From contig CAVXSO010000004.1 in NCBI GenBank assembly GCA_963764465.1, positions 110,494 through 174,493 of the forward strand: 64,000 nucleotides of DNA, read 5' to 3'. A program made the position numbers and the translations under genes. This stretch comes from an uncultured Pseudomonadota bacterium. Lineage in GTDB: Bacteria; Pseudomonadota; Alphaproteobacteria; Acetobacterales; Acetobacteraceae. The notes beneath the pieces are model-generated. The model worked only from the letters and a program-made list of their open reading frames with translations, did no database searches and was not told the DNA's origin. This document shows positions 40,477 through 51,600 of this stretch, one piece after another (the first letter of the stretch is position 1; every line of letters starts with the position of its first letter).

Positions 40477-41967
40477 TCAGGCCTTCTGCGGAATGCGCGC
40501 GACCATGCGCATGCTGGTGGTCAGTTCCTCCATCTGCAGCCACGGCCGCATATAGGCAACGGCGTTATAGGAACCCGGCTTGCCGGGGATCTCCTTCACC
40601 TCGACGCGGGCCTCGCGCAGCGGGTACTTGGCCTTCGTCTCCTGCCCCGCGTTCTCGTTGGCGTTGACGTAGTTCTTAATCCAGCGGTTCAGCCACAGCT
40701 CACAGTCGCTCGCCTCCATGAAGGAGCCGATCTTGTCGCGCGCCATCACCTTGAGGAAATGCGCGAAGCGGCTGGTCGCCATGATGTAGGGCAGGCGCGC
40801 CGAGATCGCGGCGTTCGCGGTTGCGTCCGGCCGGTCGTATTTCTTCGGCTTCTGCGCCGACTGCGCCCCGAAGAACACCGCGTAGTCCGTATTCTTGTAG
40901 TGGCAGAGCGGCAGGAAACCCTGGTTGGAGAGCTCGAACTCGCGCCGGTCGGTGATGCCGATCTCGGTCGGGCACTTGGTGTCGAGGTCGCCGTCGTCGG
41001 AGGTGAAGACGTGGTTGGGCAGCCCCTCCACCTTGCCGCCGCCCTCGGCGCCGCGGATCGCGACACAGAACCCGCTCTGCGCGAACGAGTCCGTGAGCCG
41101 CGTGGCCATCGTGTAGGCCGCGTTCATCCAGCAATAATCATGGTGCTGCATCGGCAGCGCGGCACCATTGGCGTCGTACGGCGCCTCCTCGTAGGCGAAC
41201 TCGTCGATCGGCTTGGTCGCCGAGCCATAGGGCAGGCGGGCGATGACGCGCGGCAACACGAGGGAGACGAAGCGGCTGTCCTCGCTGTCGCGGAAGCTGC
41301 GCCACTTCGTATACTCGGCGGTCTCGAAGATCTTCGCGAGGTCGCGCGGCTTGGACAGCTCCGTCCAGTCGGAGAAGCCGAACATCTGCGCCCCGGCGGC
41401 CGAGACGAAGGGCGCGAAGCTCGCCGCCGCGACGTTGGAGACGAGGCGCAGCGTGTCGACGTCGTCCGGGTGGTTGGTCCACTCGTAGTCGCCGATCAGC
41501 GAGCCATAGGGCTCGCCGCCCGGCGTGCCGAACTCGTTCTCGTAGATCTTCTTGAACAGCTGGCTCTGGTCGAATTCCACCGCCTTGGTCAGGTCGCGGT
41601 TCAGCTCGCGCTTGGTGATGTTGAGCACCCGGAGCTTGAGCGACGCGCCCGTCTCCGAATTCATCACCAGGTAGTTAAGACCGCGCCACGAACCCTCGAG
41701 CTTGAGGAATTTCGGGTCATGTATGATCGCGTTGAGCTGCGACGACAGCTTGCGATCGATCGCGGCGATGGCGGCGTTGAACGTGCGCGTCAGGTTCTTG
41801 TCGAAGGTGACGGTGCCCGCGAGCGCCTGCTCGACGAGCGTCTTGACCAGGTCCTGCGCGCGATCGGGCTCGGTCTGCTTGGTGGCGGCGACGACCTGGT
41901 CGAGGATGTTGAGGGCACCCTCTTCCGTGGTCGTGGCGGCACCAGCGGCGGCTTTCGCTTCTGACAT
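40477..41967 (-). CDS. tssC: Type VI secretion contractile sheath large subunit TssC (ImpC-like)
   Basis: 496 aa with [30 protein letters not shown] and [35 protein letters not shown]. The C-terminus is conserved. Confidence 0.93.
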   Translation of the reverse strand: MSEAKAAAGAATTTEEGALNILDQVVAATKQTEPDRAQDLVKTLVEQALAGTVTFDKNLTRTFNAAIAAIDRKLSSQLNAIIHDPKFLKLEGSWRGLNYLVMNSETGASLKLRVLNITKRELNRDLTKAVEFDQSQLFKKIYENEFGTPGGEPYGSLIGDYEWTNHPDDVDTLRLVSNVAAASFAPFVSAAGAQMFGFSDWTELSKPRDLAKIFETAEYTKWRSFRDSEDSRFVSLVLPRVIARLPYGSATKPIDEFAYEEAPYDANGAALPMQHHDYCWMNAAYTMATRLTDSFAQSGFCVAIRGAEGGGKVEGLPNHVFTSDDGDLDTKCPTEIGITDRREFELSNQGFLPLCHYKNTDYAVFFGAQSAQKPKKYDRPDATANAAISARLPYIMATSRFAHFLKVMARDKIGSFMEASDCELWLNRWIKNYVNANENAGQETKAKYPLREARVEVKEIPGKPGSYNAVAYMRPWLQMEELTTSMRMVARIPQKA

Positions 41968-41971
41968 CGTT

Positions 41972-42481
41972 TCAGCCCTCCTGCTTGCCGAGGCCGAGCT
42001 GGCCCGACAGCGACTTCAGTTCCTCTTCGCTCTTGAGCACCTGCTCGAGCAGGTTCTCGAGCTCCTCCGAGCGGTCCACCTTGCTCATCAAGTCGCGCAG
42101 CTTGTTGCGCGTTTCGATCAGCGCCTGCAGCGCCGGCACCTGGGCTGCGACCTTCGCGGGCTCGAAATCCTCCATCTTGTTGAACTTGAGTTCGACGCCC
42201 ATCTGCGAGCCGTCGCCAGCCAGCGTGTTGTCGACCTTGAGCTTCAGCCCGGGAGCCATCCGGGCCATGACATCGTCGAAATTATCGCGGTCGATCTGGA
42301 CGAATTTGCGCTCGGCGAGCGGGCGCAGCGGCTGCGTCGGGTCGCCAGAGAAATCCCCCATCACGCCAACGACGAAGGGAAGTTCCCGCTGTATCTGGGC
42401 GCCCTCCGTTTCGACCTCGTAAGTGATGTGCACCCGCGGCTTGCGCACGCGGTTCAGCTTGTCGTGAACGGACGCACTCAT
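41972..42481 (-). CDS. tssB: Type VI secretion contractile sheath small subunit TssB
   Basis: [46 protein letters not shown] is the canonical TssB start. GGGAGGG lies 5 nt upstream of ATG 42481. Confidence 0.92.
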   Translation of the reverse strand: MSASVHDKLNRVRKPRVHITYEVETEGAQIQRELPFVVGVMGDFSGDPTQPLRPLAERKFVQIDRDNFDDVMARMAPGLKLKVDNTLAGDGSQMGVELKFNKMEDFEPAKVAAQVPALQALIETRNKLRDLMSKVDRSEELENLLEQVLKSEEELKSLSGQLGLGKQEG

Positions 42482-42671
42482 CAAAACCCTCCCTATGGGA
42501 CTCCGCCGGGCACGCCTGTCGCGCCCGGCTCACCGGCATCGGATAATCTTCGCGCATGACCGGCCAGGTCGCCGCGCCCACCTGTTCCAGGCACGGCAGC
42601 CCCGGCACCCCTGTCGGCGACAACGTAGGCACCGGGGGGGCCACTGGTCAACGAAGGTTTCATGGCAGTGC

Positions 42672-43787
42672 TCAGCCGCCCTCTCCGCTCGTCGGGCGGA
42701 TGCCGAGCTGCGTGAGGATGGCGGCGCGCACGCCGGCATCGGTCACCACCTCGGCGAGAAGCTCCGGCCACGACATGCGGCCGCGGCGGATCGCTTCCTC
42801 GAGCGTGTAGGCGAGCGGCGATTGCGGCTCGGTGCGGCGGAAGAACTCGGAGATCCGCGCCAGCTCGCGCAGCATGTCCTCGCGCGTCGCCACCGCCTTG
42901 GCCGGTGCCGCGCCGCCCACCACGGCGCCGCCGCCATCGCCCTCGGTGGCCTCCGCCGCCGCCGTCTCCTCTTCCACCGCGTCCGGCGGCGCGTACCGCC
43001 CAGCGACATCCAGGATCTGCTGCAGCATCTCGCGCACGCGGCTGGTCGGCGGCCCATCGGCGCCCGCCCTGGCGTCGAGGATCTGGCCCATCGCCGCCCA
43101 TTCGCGCATCGCCGCCCGCGCCAGCGCGCGGATGGCGGCAAAGCGTGCGCCACCGGCGGCACGTGCCGCCGCCTCCATGTCCGCGAAGGGAATCACGCCG
43201 GCGGCCAGGCGCTGCTTCACCCGCTCCGCATCGCCGATACCCTGCAGCTCGGCCGACTGCTCGTACTGCCAGTACGGCACGTTGGTGCCGTCCTGCCTGG
43301 CGAACAGCACCAGCTTGCGCAGCGGTTGGATGAGCGTGCCGTCGCCGCCCTCGCCGTTGAGCCCGGTGACCGGCGCCACGCGCGTGGCGATGCCGTCCTC
43401 GTCCGGCACCGGAAACAGGTTCTGGTCCCAAAACGCTTCGGCAAGCCCGGCGATCAGCTGTGCGCCCGCCGCGAGCCCCGCGAGCCCGTCGCTGCGCACC
43501 AGCGCCTCCGTGAGCCATGCCGCGAGCTCGAGGTCCTTCGCCCTCTCGGTGAGCGCGGCGAGGACGAGCTCGCGCACGGTCCGCCACTGCGGCGGCGGCG
43601 GTATCTCGACGTCCGGATTCTCGTCGGCGGTGCGCTCGGCAGCGCGGGCCTCGGCGCGGGCGTCGCGAAGCCGGTAATAAACGGATTGCGGCGAAAAATC
43701 CTCGCGCAGGTCCACACCCGCCGGCGCGTCGCCAGCGATGGGCTGCAGCAATGCCGCGACGTCGATCCCCGCCGGCGCGTCGGCCAT
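42672..43787 (-). CDS. tssA: Type VI secretion protein TssA (ImpA N-terminal domain family)
   Basis: MADAPAGIDVAALLQPIAGDAPAGVDLREDFSPQSVYYRLRDARAEAR is the ImpA_N signature. It is the first gene of the tssA-to-tssG unit and has a GGGGGAGAGG RBS. Confidence 0.88.
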   Translation of the reverse strand: MADAPAGIDVAALLQPIAGDAPAGVDLREDFSPQSVYYRLRDARAEARAAERTADENPDVEIPPPPQWRTVRELVLAALTERAKDLELAAWLTEALVRSDGLAGLAAGAQLIAGLAEAFWDQNLFPVPDEDGIATRVAPVTGLNGEGGDGTLIQPLRKLVLFARQDGTNVPYWQYEQSAELQGIGDAERVKQRLAAGVIPFADMEAAARAAGGARFAAIRALARAAMREWAAMGQILDARAGADGPPTSRVREMLQQILDVAGRYAPPDAVEEETAAAEATEGDGGGAVVGGAAPAKAVATREDMLRELARISEFFRRTEPQSPLAYTLEEAIRRGRMSWPELLAEVVTDAGVRAAILTQLGIRPTSGEGG

Positions 43788-43864
43788 GTTCGCCTCTCCC
43801 CCGATCCGCTTCTATACTGATTGGAACCGATAGCACCGGCAATCCCGGCTGTGTGCGGTTTTGT

Positions 43865-43880
43865 TGGCATACGTTTCGCT
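43865..43880 (+). promoter_or_regulatory. Candidate sigma54 (-24/-12) promoter facing clpV/hcp
   Basis: TGGCATacgttTCGCt has GG (43866-7) and GC (43878-9) with the canonical 10-nt gap, about 90 nt upstream of the clpV ATG. The -12 element is TCGC rather than TTGC, and no enhancer-binding protein gene is seen in the window. Confidence 0.25.
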
Positions 43881-43970
43881 GTCACACTTTTCGCTCTGGA
43901 CTCCTCGTCGATGCCGCCCCTAGGCTGCGCGCCGCTCGCGGGAACGGACCGCATAGGAAGGGGAGGCGGC

Positions 43971-46613
43971 ATGGCGGCAATAGACCTCAAGGCGCTGGTG
44001 GGGCGGCTCGACGACCATTGCCGCCGCGCGCTCGAGGCAGCCGCGGGGCTGACGCTCTCGCGCTCCCACTACAATGTCGAGCTCGAGCACTGGCTCGTGA
44101 AGCTCGCCGACGGCACCGACACGGACATCGCCGCCATCCTGCGTCATTACGAGGCCGATCACGGCCGGCTGATGGCTGACCTCAACCGCGCGCTCGACCG
44201 GCTCAAGACCGGCAACGCGCGCGCGCCCTCGCTCTCGCCGGAAATCGTGGAGGCGGCGAAGCAGGCCTGGCTGTTTGCGTCCGTCGAGCACGGCCTGTCG
44301 CGCGTGCGCTCGGGTCACCTGCTGTGGGCGATGCTGGCGGATGAGACACTGTCTCGCCACGTGCGAGACGTCTCGGGGCAGTTCGGCCGCATTCAGGCCG
44401 ACGCGCTCAAGCGTGACCTGCTGACCGTCACGCGCGACAGCGTGGAGGCGGCGAGCGTCACCACCTCCGTCGATGGCGCGCCGATGGGTGGCGAGGGCGA
44501 GCCGGGCGCGCCGCGCCCCGCCGGCTCCGCGGCGCTCGATCAGTTCACCATCGATCTGACGGCGAAGGCCCGCGCGGGCAAGATCGACCCAATCCTCGGG
44601 CGCGACACCGAGATTCGCCAGGTCGTCGACATCCTCACCCGGCGCCGCCAGAACAACCCGATCCTCACCGGCGAGGCCGGCGTCGGCAAGACCGCGGTCG
44701 TCGAGGGCTTCGCCGTGCGCATCGCGCAGGGCGATGTGCCGCCCGCGCTGAAGGACGTCATCATCCGCACGCTGGACCTGGGCCTGCTGCAGGCCGGCGC
44801 CGGGGTGAAGGGCGAGTTCGAGAACCGGCTGAAATCGGTGATCGAGGAAACCAAGGCCAGCGCGAAGCCCATCATCCTGTTCATTGACGAGGCGCACCAG
44901 TTGATCGGCGCCGGCGGCACCGCGGGACAGGGCGATGCCGCCAACCTGCTCAAGCCCGCGCTCGCGCGCGGCGAGCTGCGCACCATCGCCGCCACCACCT
45001 GGGCCGAGTACAAGAAGTACTTCGAGAAGGACGCGGCGCTGACGCGGCGCTTCCAGGTGGTCAAGGTCGAGGAGCCGAGCGAGCCGATCGCGATCGCCAT
45101 GGTCCGCGGCATCGTCGCGACGCTCGAGCAACACCACGGCGTGCGCATCCTCGACGACGCGGTGGAATCGGCGGTAAAGCTCTCCGCCCGCTACATCCCC
45201 TCCCGCCAACTGCCGGACAAGGCGGTCTCGCTCATCGACACCGCCTGTGCGCGCGTCGCGATGAGCCAGGCAGCGATGCCGGCGGCGCTGGAGGATCGCA
45301 TCCGCCGCCTCGAGCTGATCGACACCGAAGTCGCGATCCTCGACCGCGAGATGGCCGCGGGCTCCCCCCACGAGGCGCGCCGCGCCGAACTCGTCGAGGA
45401 GCGCGCCAAGGTCGAGGCCGAGCGCCAGGCGCTGGAGGAGCGCTGGGCGTCGGAGAAGGAGCTCGCCGGCGAGATCGGCGATATCCGCACCGCGATCGAG
45501 GACCCCGAGTACAAGGAGGACAAGCAGGCCCTCAAGACGAAGCTCGCGGAAGCCTCCACCCGGCTGCGCGTGCTGCAGGGCGAGACGCCGCTGATATATC
45601 CCGTCGTGGACGGCCAGGCCGTGGCCGAGATCGTCGAGAGCTGGACCGGCATCCCCGCCGGGCGAATGCAGTCCGACGAGATCCGCACCGTCCTCAACCT
45701 GAAGGAGGCGTTGCAGAAGCGTATCGTCGGCCAGGACCACGCGCTGGAGGCAGTGGCGCAGGCCATCCGCACCAGCCGCGCCAAGCTCACCGATCCGCGC
45801 AAGCCGATCGGTGTCTTCCTCATGGTCGGCACCTCCGGCACCGGCAAGACCGAGACCGCTCTCGCGCTCGCGGACCTGCTCTACGGCGGCGAGCAGAATC
45901 TCACCGTCATCAACATGACCGAGTTCAAGGAGGAACATAAGGTCAGCCTGCTGATGGGCGCGCCCCCCGGCTATGTCGGCTACGGCGAGGGCGGCATCCT
46001 GACCGAGGCGGTACGCCGCCGTCCCTATTCCGTCGTCCTGCTCGACGAGATGGAAAAGGCGCATCCCGGCGTGCAGGACGTGTTCTTCCAGGTGTTCGAC
46101 AAGGGCAACATGAAGGACGGGGAGGGGCGGGACATCGACTTCAAGAACACCGTCCTGATCATGACCTCAAACGCCGGCACCGACCTCATCGCCAAGCTCT
46201 TCGCCGATCCCGACACCGCGCCGGACGCGGCCGGTCTCGCGGACGCGCTGCGGCCGGAGCTGATGAAATACTTCAAGCCGGCGTTCCTCGGCCGCGTGAC
46301 GCTGGTGCCATACTTCCCGCTGTCGGACGACGTGATCCGCAAGATCGTCGTGCTGCAGTTCGAGCGCATCAAGCGGCGCGTGCGCGAGGCCTACCGCGCC
46401 AGTTTCGAATACGATCCGGCGCTGGTCGAGACCATCGCCCGGCGGTGCACGGAGAGCTCGTCGGGCGCGCGCAACATCGAGAACATCCTGTCGCGCACGC
46501 TGCTGCCGGAACTGTCGTCCGAGGTGCTCGCTCGCCTCGCCGAGGGCGGTGCCGTCAGCCAGCTCAGCGTGGGTGTGGAGCCTTCGGGTTCTTTCGTCTA
46601 TACGGTCAGCTAA
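43971..46613 (+). CDS. tssH: Type VI secretion ATPase TssH (ClpV)
   Basis: 880 aa from ATG 43971 (RBS GGAAGGGGAGG). The ClpV N-domain is MAAIDLKALVGRLDDHCRRALEAAAGLTLSRSHYNVELEHWL. There are two AAA+ modules with Walker A GEAGVGKTAVVEG and GTSGTGKTETA. Confidence 0.93.
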   Translation: MAAIDLKALVGRLDDHCRRALEAAAGLTLSRSHYNVELEHWLVKLADGTDTDIAAILRHYEADHGRLMADLNRALDRLKTGNARAPSLSPEIVEAAKQAWLFASVEHGLSRVRSGHLLWAMLADETLSRHVRDVSGQFGRIQADALKRDLLTVTRDSVEAASVTTSVDGAPMGGEGEPGAPRPAGSAALDQFTIDLTAKARAGKIDPILGRDTEIRQVVDILTRRRQNNPILTGEAGVGKTAVVEGFAVRIAQGDVPPALKDVIIRTLDLGLLQAGAGVKGEFENRLKSVIEETKASAKPIILFIDEAHQLIGAGGTAGQGDAANLLKPALARGELRTIAATTWAEYKKYFEKDAALTRRFQVVKVEEPSEPIAIAMVRGIVATLEQHHGVRILDDAVESAVKLSARYIPSRQLPDKAVSLIDTACARVAMSQAAMPAALEDRIRRLELIDTEVAILDREMAAGSPHEARRAELVEERAKVEAERQALEERWASEKELAGEIGDIRTAIEDPEYKEDKQALKTKLAEASTRLRVLQGETPLIYPVVDGQAVAEIVESWTGIPAGRMQSDEIRTVLNLKEALQKRIVGQDHALEAVAQAIRTSRAKLTDPRKPIGVFLMVGTSGTGKTETALALADLLYGGEQNLTVINMTEFKEEHKVSLLMGAPPGYVGYGEGGILTEAVRRRPYSVVLLDEMEKAHPGVQDVFFQVFDKGNMKDGEGRDIDFKNTVLIMTSNAGTDLIAKLFADPDTAPDAAGLADALRPELMKYFKPAFLGRVTLVPYFPLSDDVIRKIVVLQFERIKRRVREAYRASFEYDPALVETIARRCTESSSGARNIENILSRTLLPELSSEVLARLAEGGAVSQLSVGVEPSGSFVYTVS

Positions 46614-46767
46614 GGGAGACATCGATCGAGGCCGAACGCCACCACCGGATAAGCGTGCCGCGCAGTGGCTTGGCGGCGCGTGACTGTTTCAACCGTGACC
46701 GGTCATGCCCGCGGGGGGTGATCGTCAATAACCAGGCCCGGCCCGGGCCCGCAGAGGAGATGAATGC

Positions 46768-47250
46768 ATGCCGATCTACATGAATTACGACAGCCTTTCG
46801 ATCAAAGGCGACGTGACGGAAGACAGCCACAAGGATTGGATTGAGCTGAGCTCCTTCCAGTGGGGTGTCGGCCGCGGCATTTCCTCGCCGACCGGTGCGT
46901 CCGCCGACCGCGAGTCAAGCGCCCCGTCCGTCAGCGAGATCACGACGACGAAGGCTCAGGACAAGGCCTCGGTCAAGATCCTCACCGAAGCCCTGCAGGG
47001 CGAAGGCAAGACCGTCATCATCGATCTCGTGAAGACCGAGAAGGGCAAGCTCGAGACCTACCTGCAGTTCACGCTGACCAACACGATGATCAGCGGCTAT
47101 TCGATGAGCAGCGGTGGTGATCGCCCGAGCGAATCGCTTTCCCTGAACTTCACCAAGATCGAAATGAAGGCTACCCCGCTTGGCGCGTCTGGCTCCACGG
47201 AGTCGCCGGAGACCGTCACGTACGACCTCTCGACGGCCAAGGTGGCCTGA
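46768..47250 (+). CDS. hcp: Type VI secretion tube protein Hcp (TssD)
   Basis: 160 aa: MPIYMNYDSLSIKGDVTEDSHKDWIELSSFQWGVGRGIS...LQFTLTNTMISGYSMSS...ESLSLNFTKIEM, the Hcp signature. The RBS is GAGGAG. Confidence 0.93.
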   Translation: MPIYMNYDSLSIKGDVTEDSHKDWIELSSFQWGVGRGISSPTGASADRESSAPSVSEITTTKAQDKASVKILTEALQGEGKTVIIDLVKTEKGKLETYLQFTLTNTMISGYSMSSGGDRPSESLSLNFTKIEMKATPLGASGSTESPETVTYDLSTAKVA

Positions 47251-47284
47251 TCGACCGCCAGGTCTTTCTGGATTATCGATACAA

Positions 47285-47321
47285 CCGGATCGGGTGGCCT
47301 CACCCGGTCCGGTTTTTCTTT
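47285..47321 (+). terminator. Rho-independent terminator after hcp
   Basis: A 12-bp stem CCGGATCGGGTG / CACCCGGTCCGG (one G-U pair), a 4-nt loop, then TTTTTCTTT, 35 nt after the hcp stop in the convergent gap with pppA. Confidence 0.65.
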
Positions 47322-47346
47322 CCGCCTCCGGTCCTGTGCGTCGCCG

Positions 47347-48081
47347 CTACGCCGCGGGGTCCGCCATCGCCTCGACGACGACGGCGGTGACGTTGTCGGT
47401 GGCATGCTGGCGCACGGCCTCCTCGACGAGTGCCGAGGCCGGCGTGGCGCCCGCGCCGAGCAGGGCGGCAAGTTCATGTTCCGGCAGCGTCTTGTTCAGC
47501 CCGTCGCAGCACAGCAGGAACCGGTCGCCGGGCAAGGCGCGGTCGCTCACCTTGTCGAGCTCCGGCGGTGCGTCGTCCGCGCCGATCGCGCGGGTGATGA
47601 CGTTGGCGCGCGGATGTCCCTCGGCTTCCTCCGGCCTCAGCATGCCGCTGTCCACCAACTCCTGCACCAGGCTGTGGTCGCGCGTGAGCTGGTGCAGCGC
47701 GCCGTCGCGCAGCATGTAGATGCGGCTGTCGCCGGCCCACAGGCACGCGAAATGCTGCCCGCGCGCCAGCAGAACCACGAGCGTGGAGGCAATGACGGTG
47801 CTCGGGCCGCGCCGCGCCGCCTCGGCGCGCAGGGCAGCATGGGTCGCGGCGATGCGCAGCCGCACCTGCGCGAGCAGTTCCGCAGCCGAAAGCCCCGCGG
47901 GAATGGTGCTCAGCGCCTCGACCAGCATCGCGGAGGCAACCTCTCCCGCCTCGTGCCCGCCGGCGCCGTCCGCCACGGCCCACAAGCCGATATCCGGACG
48001 CTCGAGGAACGCATCCTCGTTATGCGTCCGCACCGCGCCCGGATGCGTCACGGCCTCTGAACGAAAACGGAGACCGGTCAT
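47347..48081 (-). CDS. pppA: PP2C-family Ser/Thr phosphatase (T6SS PppA/TagG-type)
   Basis: 244 aa: THPGAVRTHNEDAF...WAVADGAGGHEAGEVAS...CLWAGDSRIY...HPRANVITRAIG...LLCCDGL...TDNVTAVVV. The ATG overlaps the tagF stop (ATGA). Confidence 0.88.
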   Translation of the reverse strand: MTGLRFRSEAVTHPGAVRTHNEDAFLERPDIGLWAVADGAGGHEAGEVASAMLVEALSTIPAGLSAAELLAQVRLRIAATHAALRAEAARRGPSTVIASTLVVLLARGQHFACLWAGDSRIYMLRDGALHQLTRDHSLVQELVDSGMLRPEEAEGHPRANVITRAIGADDAPPELDKVSDRALPGDRFLLCCDGLNKTLPEHELAALLGAGATPASALVEEAVRQHATDNVTAVVVEAMADPAA

Positions 48082-48653
48082 GGCGTCGTCTCCCGTCGCG
48101 GGGCGAGAAGCATTCCGGCAAACAGGTCGGGCTCCGGCAGCCGATCGAGCGTGAGGCTCCCCGCCGGAACGCGTGGCGCGCCCTCCGTCCACCAGCGCGC
48201 GTTCCCCATCGGCAGCGCCTCGCCACCGGGCGAAGGGGCACCTGCAAGGCGGGCCGCGAGTTCCTCCGGCGCCATGTCGCTGTGCAATGCCGCGAGGCCC
48301 GCCGCCTCCGCCGCCGCGCGCCACGCCCCGTCATCCGCGGGTGGCGCGCTCTCCTCGCCGACCCAGGCGAGCGTGAGCGGAAACAGCCGCCCGACACGGT
48401 CGACGCTCGGCATCCACACGCCCAGCGTAGCACCCGGACCGCACTGGCCGCCGGGCAGCACGAAATGCCAGATCGGCGCTTCCATCCATGCGTCGCGCCA
48501 GGCCTCGCCGAGTTCGACGCGCACGGCCGGAAGCGTGGCGTCGAGCCAGGCGTTCCACGGATCCGTGAAGCCGCGCGGCAGGCCCAGTGCCAGGTGATCG
48601 CCTCGGCTCGGCAACTTGCCACAGAACCCCGCCTGGCCGCGCGAGCGCTGCAT
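48078..48653 (-). CDS. tagF: Type VI secretion-associated protein TagF (ImpM/DUF2094)
   Basis: The N-terminus GFCGKLPSRGDHL matches the TagF hallmark GFYGKLPxxGDF, followed by W.DAWMEAPIWHFVL...MPSVDRVGRLFPLTL. Confidence 0.85.
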   Translation of the reverse strand: MQRSRGQAGFCGKLPSRGDHLALGLPRGFTDPWNAWLDATLPAVRVELGEAWRDAWMEAPIWHFVLPGGQCGPGATLGVWMPSVDRVGRLFPLTLAWVGEESAPPADDGAWRAAAEAAGLAALHSDMAPEELAARLAGAPSPGGEALPMGNARWWTEGAPRVPAGSLTLDRLPEPDLFAGMLLAPRRETTP

Positions 48654-48656
48654 CCG

Positions 48657-51600
48657 TCAGTGCACCGCGGGGCAGCGGAAATCGTGCAGCACGCCAGGCG
48701 CGAACGGGTTGAGCACGCTGTCGGCGCGCAGGTCGAACGACGCGGAGCGGGCGCCGAGATGGAAGGTCAGCGTATAACGTTCCGCCGCCCCGGCGCGCGC
48801 GATTTCGCCCTGGTCGAACAGGCGGAACAGCGCCCATGGCCCGCGCGCCTCGATCACGCCCGTGGTGCCGGGCGAGGGCGGGTCGAACACCAGGCGGACA
48901 TGCTCCATCCGGTTCGGCCCCGGCCAGGTGATCGGCGTGGACTGCACCGGGCCATGGGTGTTCACCACCGTGGCGCCGCCGAAATCGATGCTCACCTGCC
49001 GCGCCCCGGCGTCCAGGCTCACCGGTGTGATGTCGAAACGGACGGTGGGCGTGGTGCCACCGGCGGCGAAGAACATATCGCGGATCTGCGAGGCGCGCTG
49101 GAACTGTGCCAGGTCGCCGTCCGAGATCGGCGGCGGCACGCCGTTGGCCGCCTGCGCCTTCCACACCGTGCCCGAGGTGTCGACGAAGGGTCGCAACTGC
49201 GTGTTGAAGAAGGAATCGAGCAGCCCGTTAGGGGCGAAGAGCCGCGCGAAATCGTCGAGCGGGATCTCGTTGCTGGCCCCGGTGAAGAACGGATAGCGCC
49301 CGTTGACGGCGCGCTGGCACAGCGTGCCCGGCCCGCCTCCGCCGTTGAATGCGGCCGCTACCTGCGCCTTGGCGCCGCCACCGCGTAGCACGGAAGCGCT
49401 GTTGGCCAGCGCCGGCAGCCAGCGCGCGACCGGTGGGGGTGCCTGGCTTGCCGCCGCGATCAGCAACTGCCCTGGATCGCCACCCGCCGCGAGCGCCGGC
49501 GCGGGGGCTCCGCCGGCCGGCGTCGCCGCCACCTGGCTCAGCTGTTGTTGCAGATCGTTGATGAGCTTGATGTCGGTGTCGATCGGGGCGCCGGGCCCCT
49601 TGCCCACGAAGTCGATCAGCGCCTTGAAGTGGTTGTCCACGTCCTGGCCCGGCGGCACCGGCGGTGCCCCGGCCTGCTTGCCCAGCAGCCCCTGCAACTG
49701 CGAGGCGGCGCCACCCAACTTCGGTGCCACCTTCGCGGCCACGCCCTTGGCCGCGGCGTCCGCTCCTGGAGCGGCCTTGGGCGGCACCGAGAGGGTAAGC
49801 TGGTTCGCGATCGAAACCAGCAGGTCGCGCATCGGCGATTGCGGCGAGCCGAGCACATAGAGCTCCCGCACCGCCTCGTTGAGGCTGTTCAGCGGGGCGA
49901 GGTTGAGGTCCGCGAGCATCGCCTCCCACGCCTTGATGTACTCGGCGGTGTAGAGGGCGACCACGTCGTGCTCGAGGTTCATGGTCTCCGGGCTCGTCGG
50001 GTTGATCTGTGCGTTGGCGCCGAGCACCCAGCTCTCGCTCGCGACGTCCTTCGCCGCGACCGGAAGCGACGGCAGCACCACGTTATAGAAGCCATCGCGC
50101 GTGTAGAGCCCAGGGATGCCGTCGGTCAGCGGCTTGCCCGAGGCGCGCACGAACAGCGGGGCACCCGAAGCACCGAGCGCCGCCCCAGGCGTCCACGGCG
50201 GCACGTTCGCCGCCAGCGGCCGGATGCGGGAATAGACCCGCTCAGCGAGGCTCACGCGGCTGAACGTGCGCCGCGCATCCTCGATGAGCTTGCCGTCGAG
50301 CGGTACCTGCGGCAGCGGGTTGGCGAGCAGCGCATCCAGGTGCTTCACCAGATCGCCGCGCAACGCCACGTCGGCGGCGCCGGGATAGGTGTTCTGCCAG
50401 TCGAGCGTCATCCACTCGCGCACCAGCCCGCGGTCGAGCGGCCCCTGGTTGCCGAGCATGAGGTAGACGCGCGTCGCCTCGTACGTGAACTCGGGCTTGT
50501 CGAGATTGCCGCGGATCTGGCCCTCGAGCCGCCAGATCAGCCGCGGCAGCAGCACGCGTTCCAGTGCCTGGCGATACACCGCGCGCGAGGCGGCGCCGAT
50601 CTTGGCACTCTGCGACAGGCCGAGGCCGGCGCCGGTCGCGGGATGGTCGTAGCCGTCCGGCAGCGCGCGCGCCTGGTCGAGCAGGGGGGCAATGGCGGCG
50701 AGATTGGCATCGTTCACCGGATCGAGCGGCAGCTTCGCCGCGGCGGCGCGATAGGCGGCGAGTGCTGCCTGGGCGCGCGCGATCTCGGCGTTGCTCGATG
50801 CGTTCTGCATCCAAAGCCCGGCGACGACACCAATCGTGACCAGCGCGATCGCGGCGAACGCACCGCCGCGCAGCAGCGCCTGGCGCCGCGCGGCACCAGG
50901 GCGCGCGGAGACCAGCATCGCCTCGCCGAAGACCACATCGCGCAGCAGGCGGGTGAGGAAGTAGCTGCGACCCTGCTCCGGGCGCAGGCTCGGCGCCCGC
51001 CGCTGGTCCACGCCGAACGCGCGGGACAGGGCGCCGGTCAGCCGGTCGATCGGCGTGCCTTCCTGGGTGCCGGAGGTAAGGTACACGCCGCGCAGGAACG
51101 GCGCCGGATCGAGCTTCGATCCACCGAACGCATCGGTGAGAAAGCTGGTGAGCGGCTGCTCAAGCGAGGCGACCTGCGCGGGAAACCCCGCGATCAGCGC
51201 GCGGCGGTCCGGGCTGCGCTCGGCCTGCAGCCGGTCGAACAGGCGCTCGCCAAGCCGGTTGACCAGCGCCTGGAACTCGGCCGCGAAACCCGGCACCGGC
51301 CCTGCTTCGCCGCCGCCGATGGGAAAAGTCATGCCCCAGACCTGGCCGCGCCGGTCACGGTCGAGGTCGTCGAAGTACTCGGTGAAGCCGGCCAGCAGGT
51401 CGGCCTTGGTGAACAGCGCATAGACCGGCAGCCGCACGCCGAGCCGGTCGGTCAGTTCCTTGACACGGCGGCGGATGGCACGCGCATGGGCGCTGCGTTC
51501 GGCCGCCGGCGCGGTCGCGATGTCGGCAACCGAGATTGCCACCAGCACGCCGTTGAGCGGCTGGCGCGTGCGGGTACGGCGCAGCAGGTCGAGAAAGCCT

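Noticed and set aside
46614-46767. GGCCCGGCCCGGGCC palindrome and surrounding clpV-hcp spacer as a regulatory element or terminator
   Set aside because: The palindrome leaves essentially no loop and has no U-tract. It is indistinguishable from chance GC-rich symmetry in this genome. hcp may simply be co-transcribed with clpV or have an unrecognised internal promoter.
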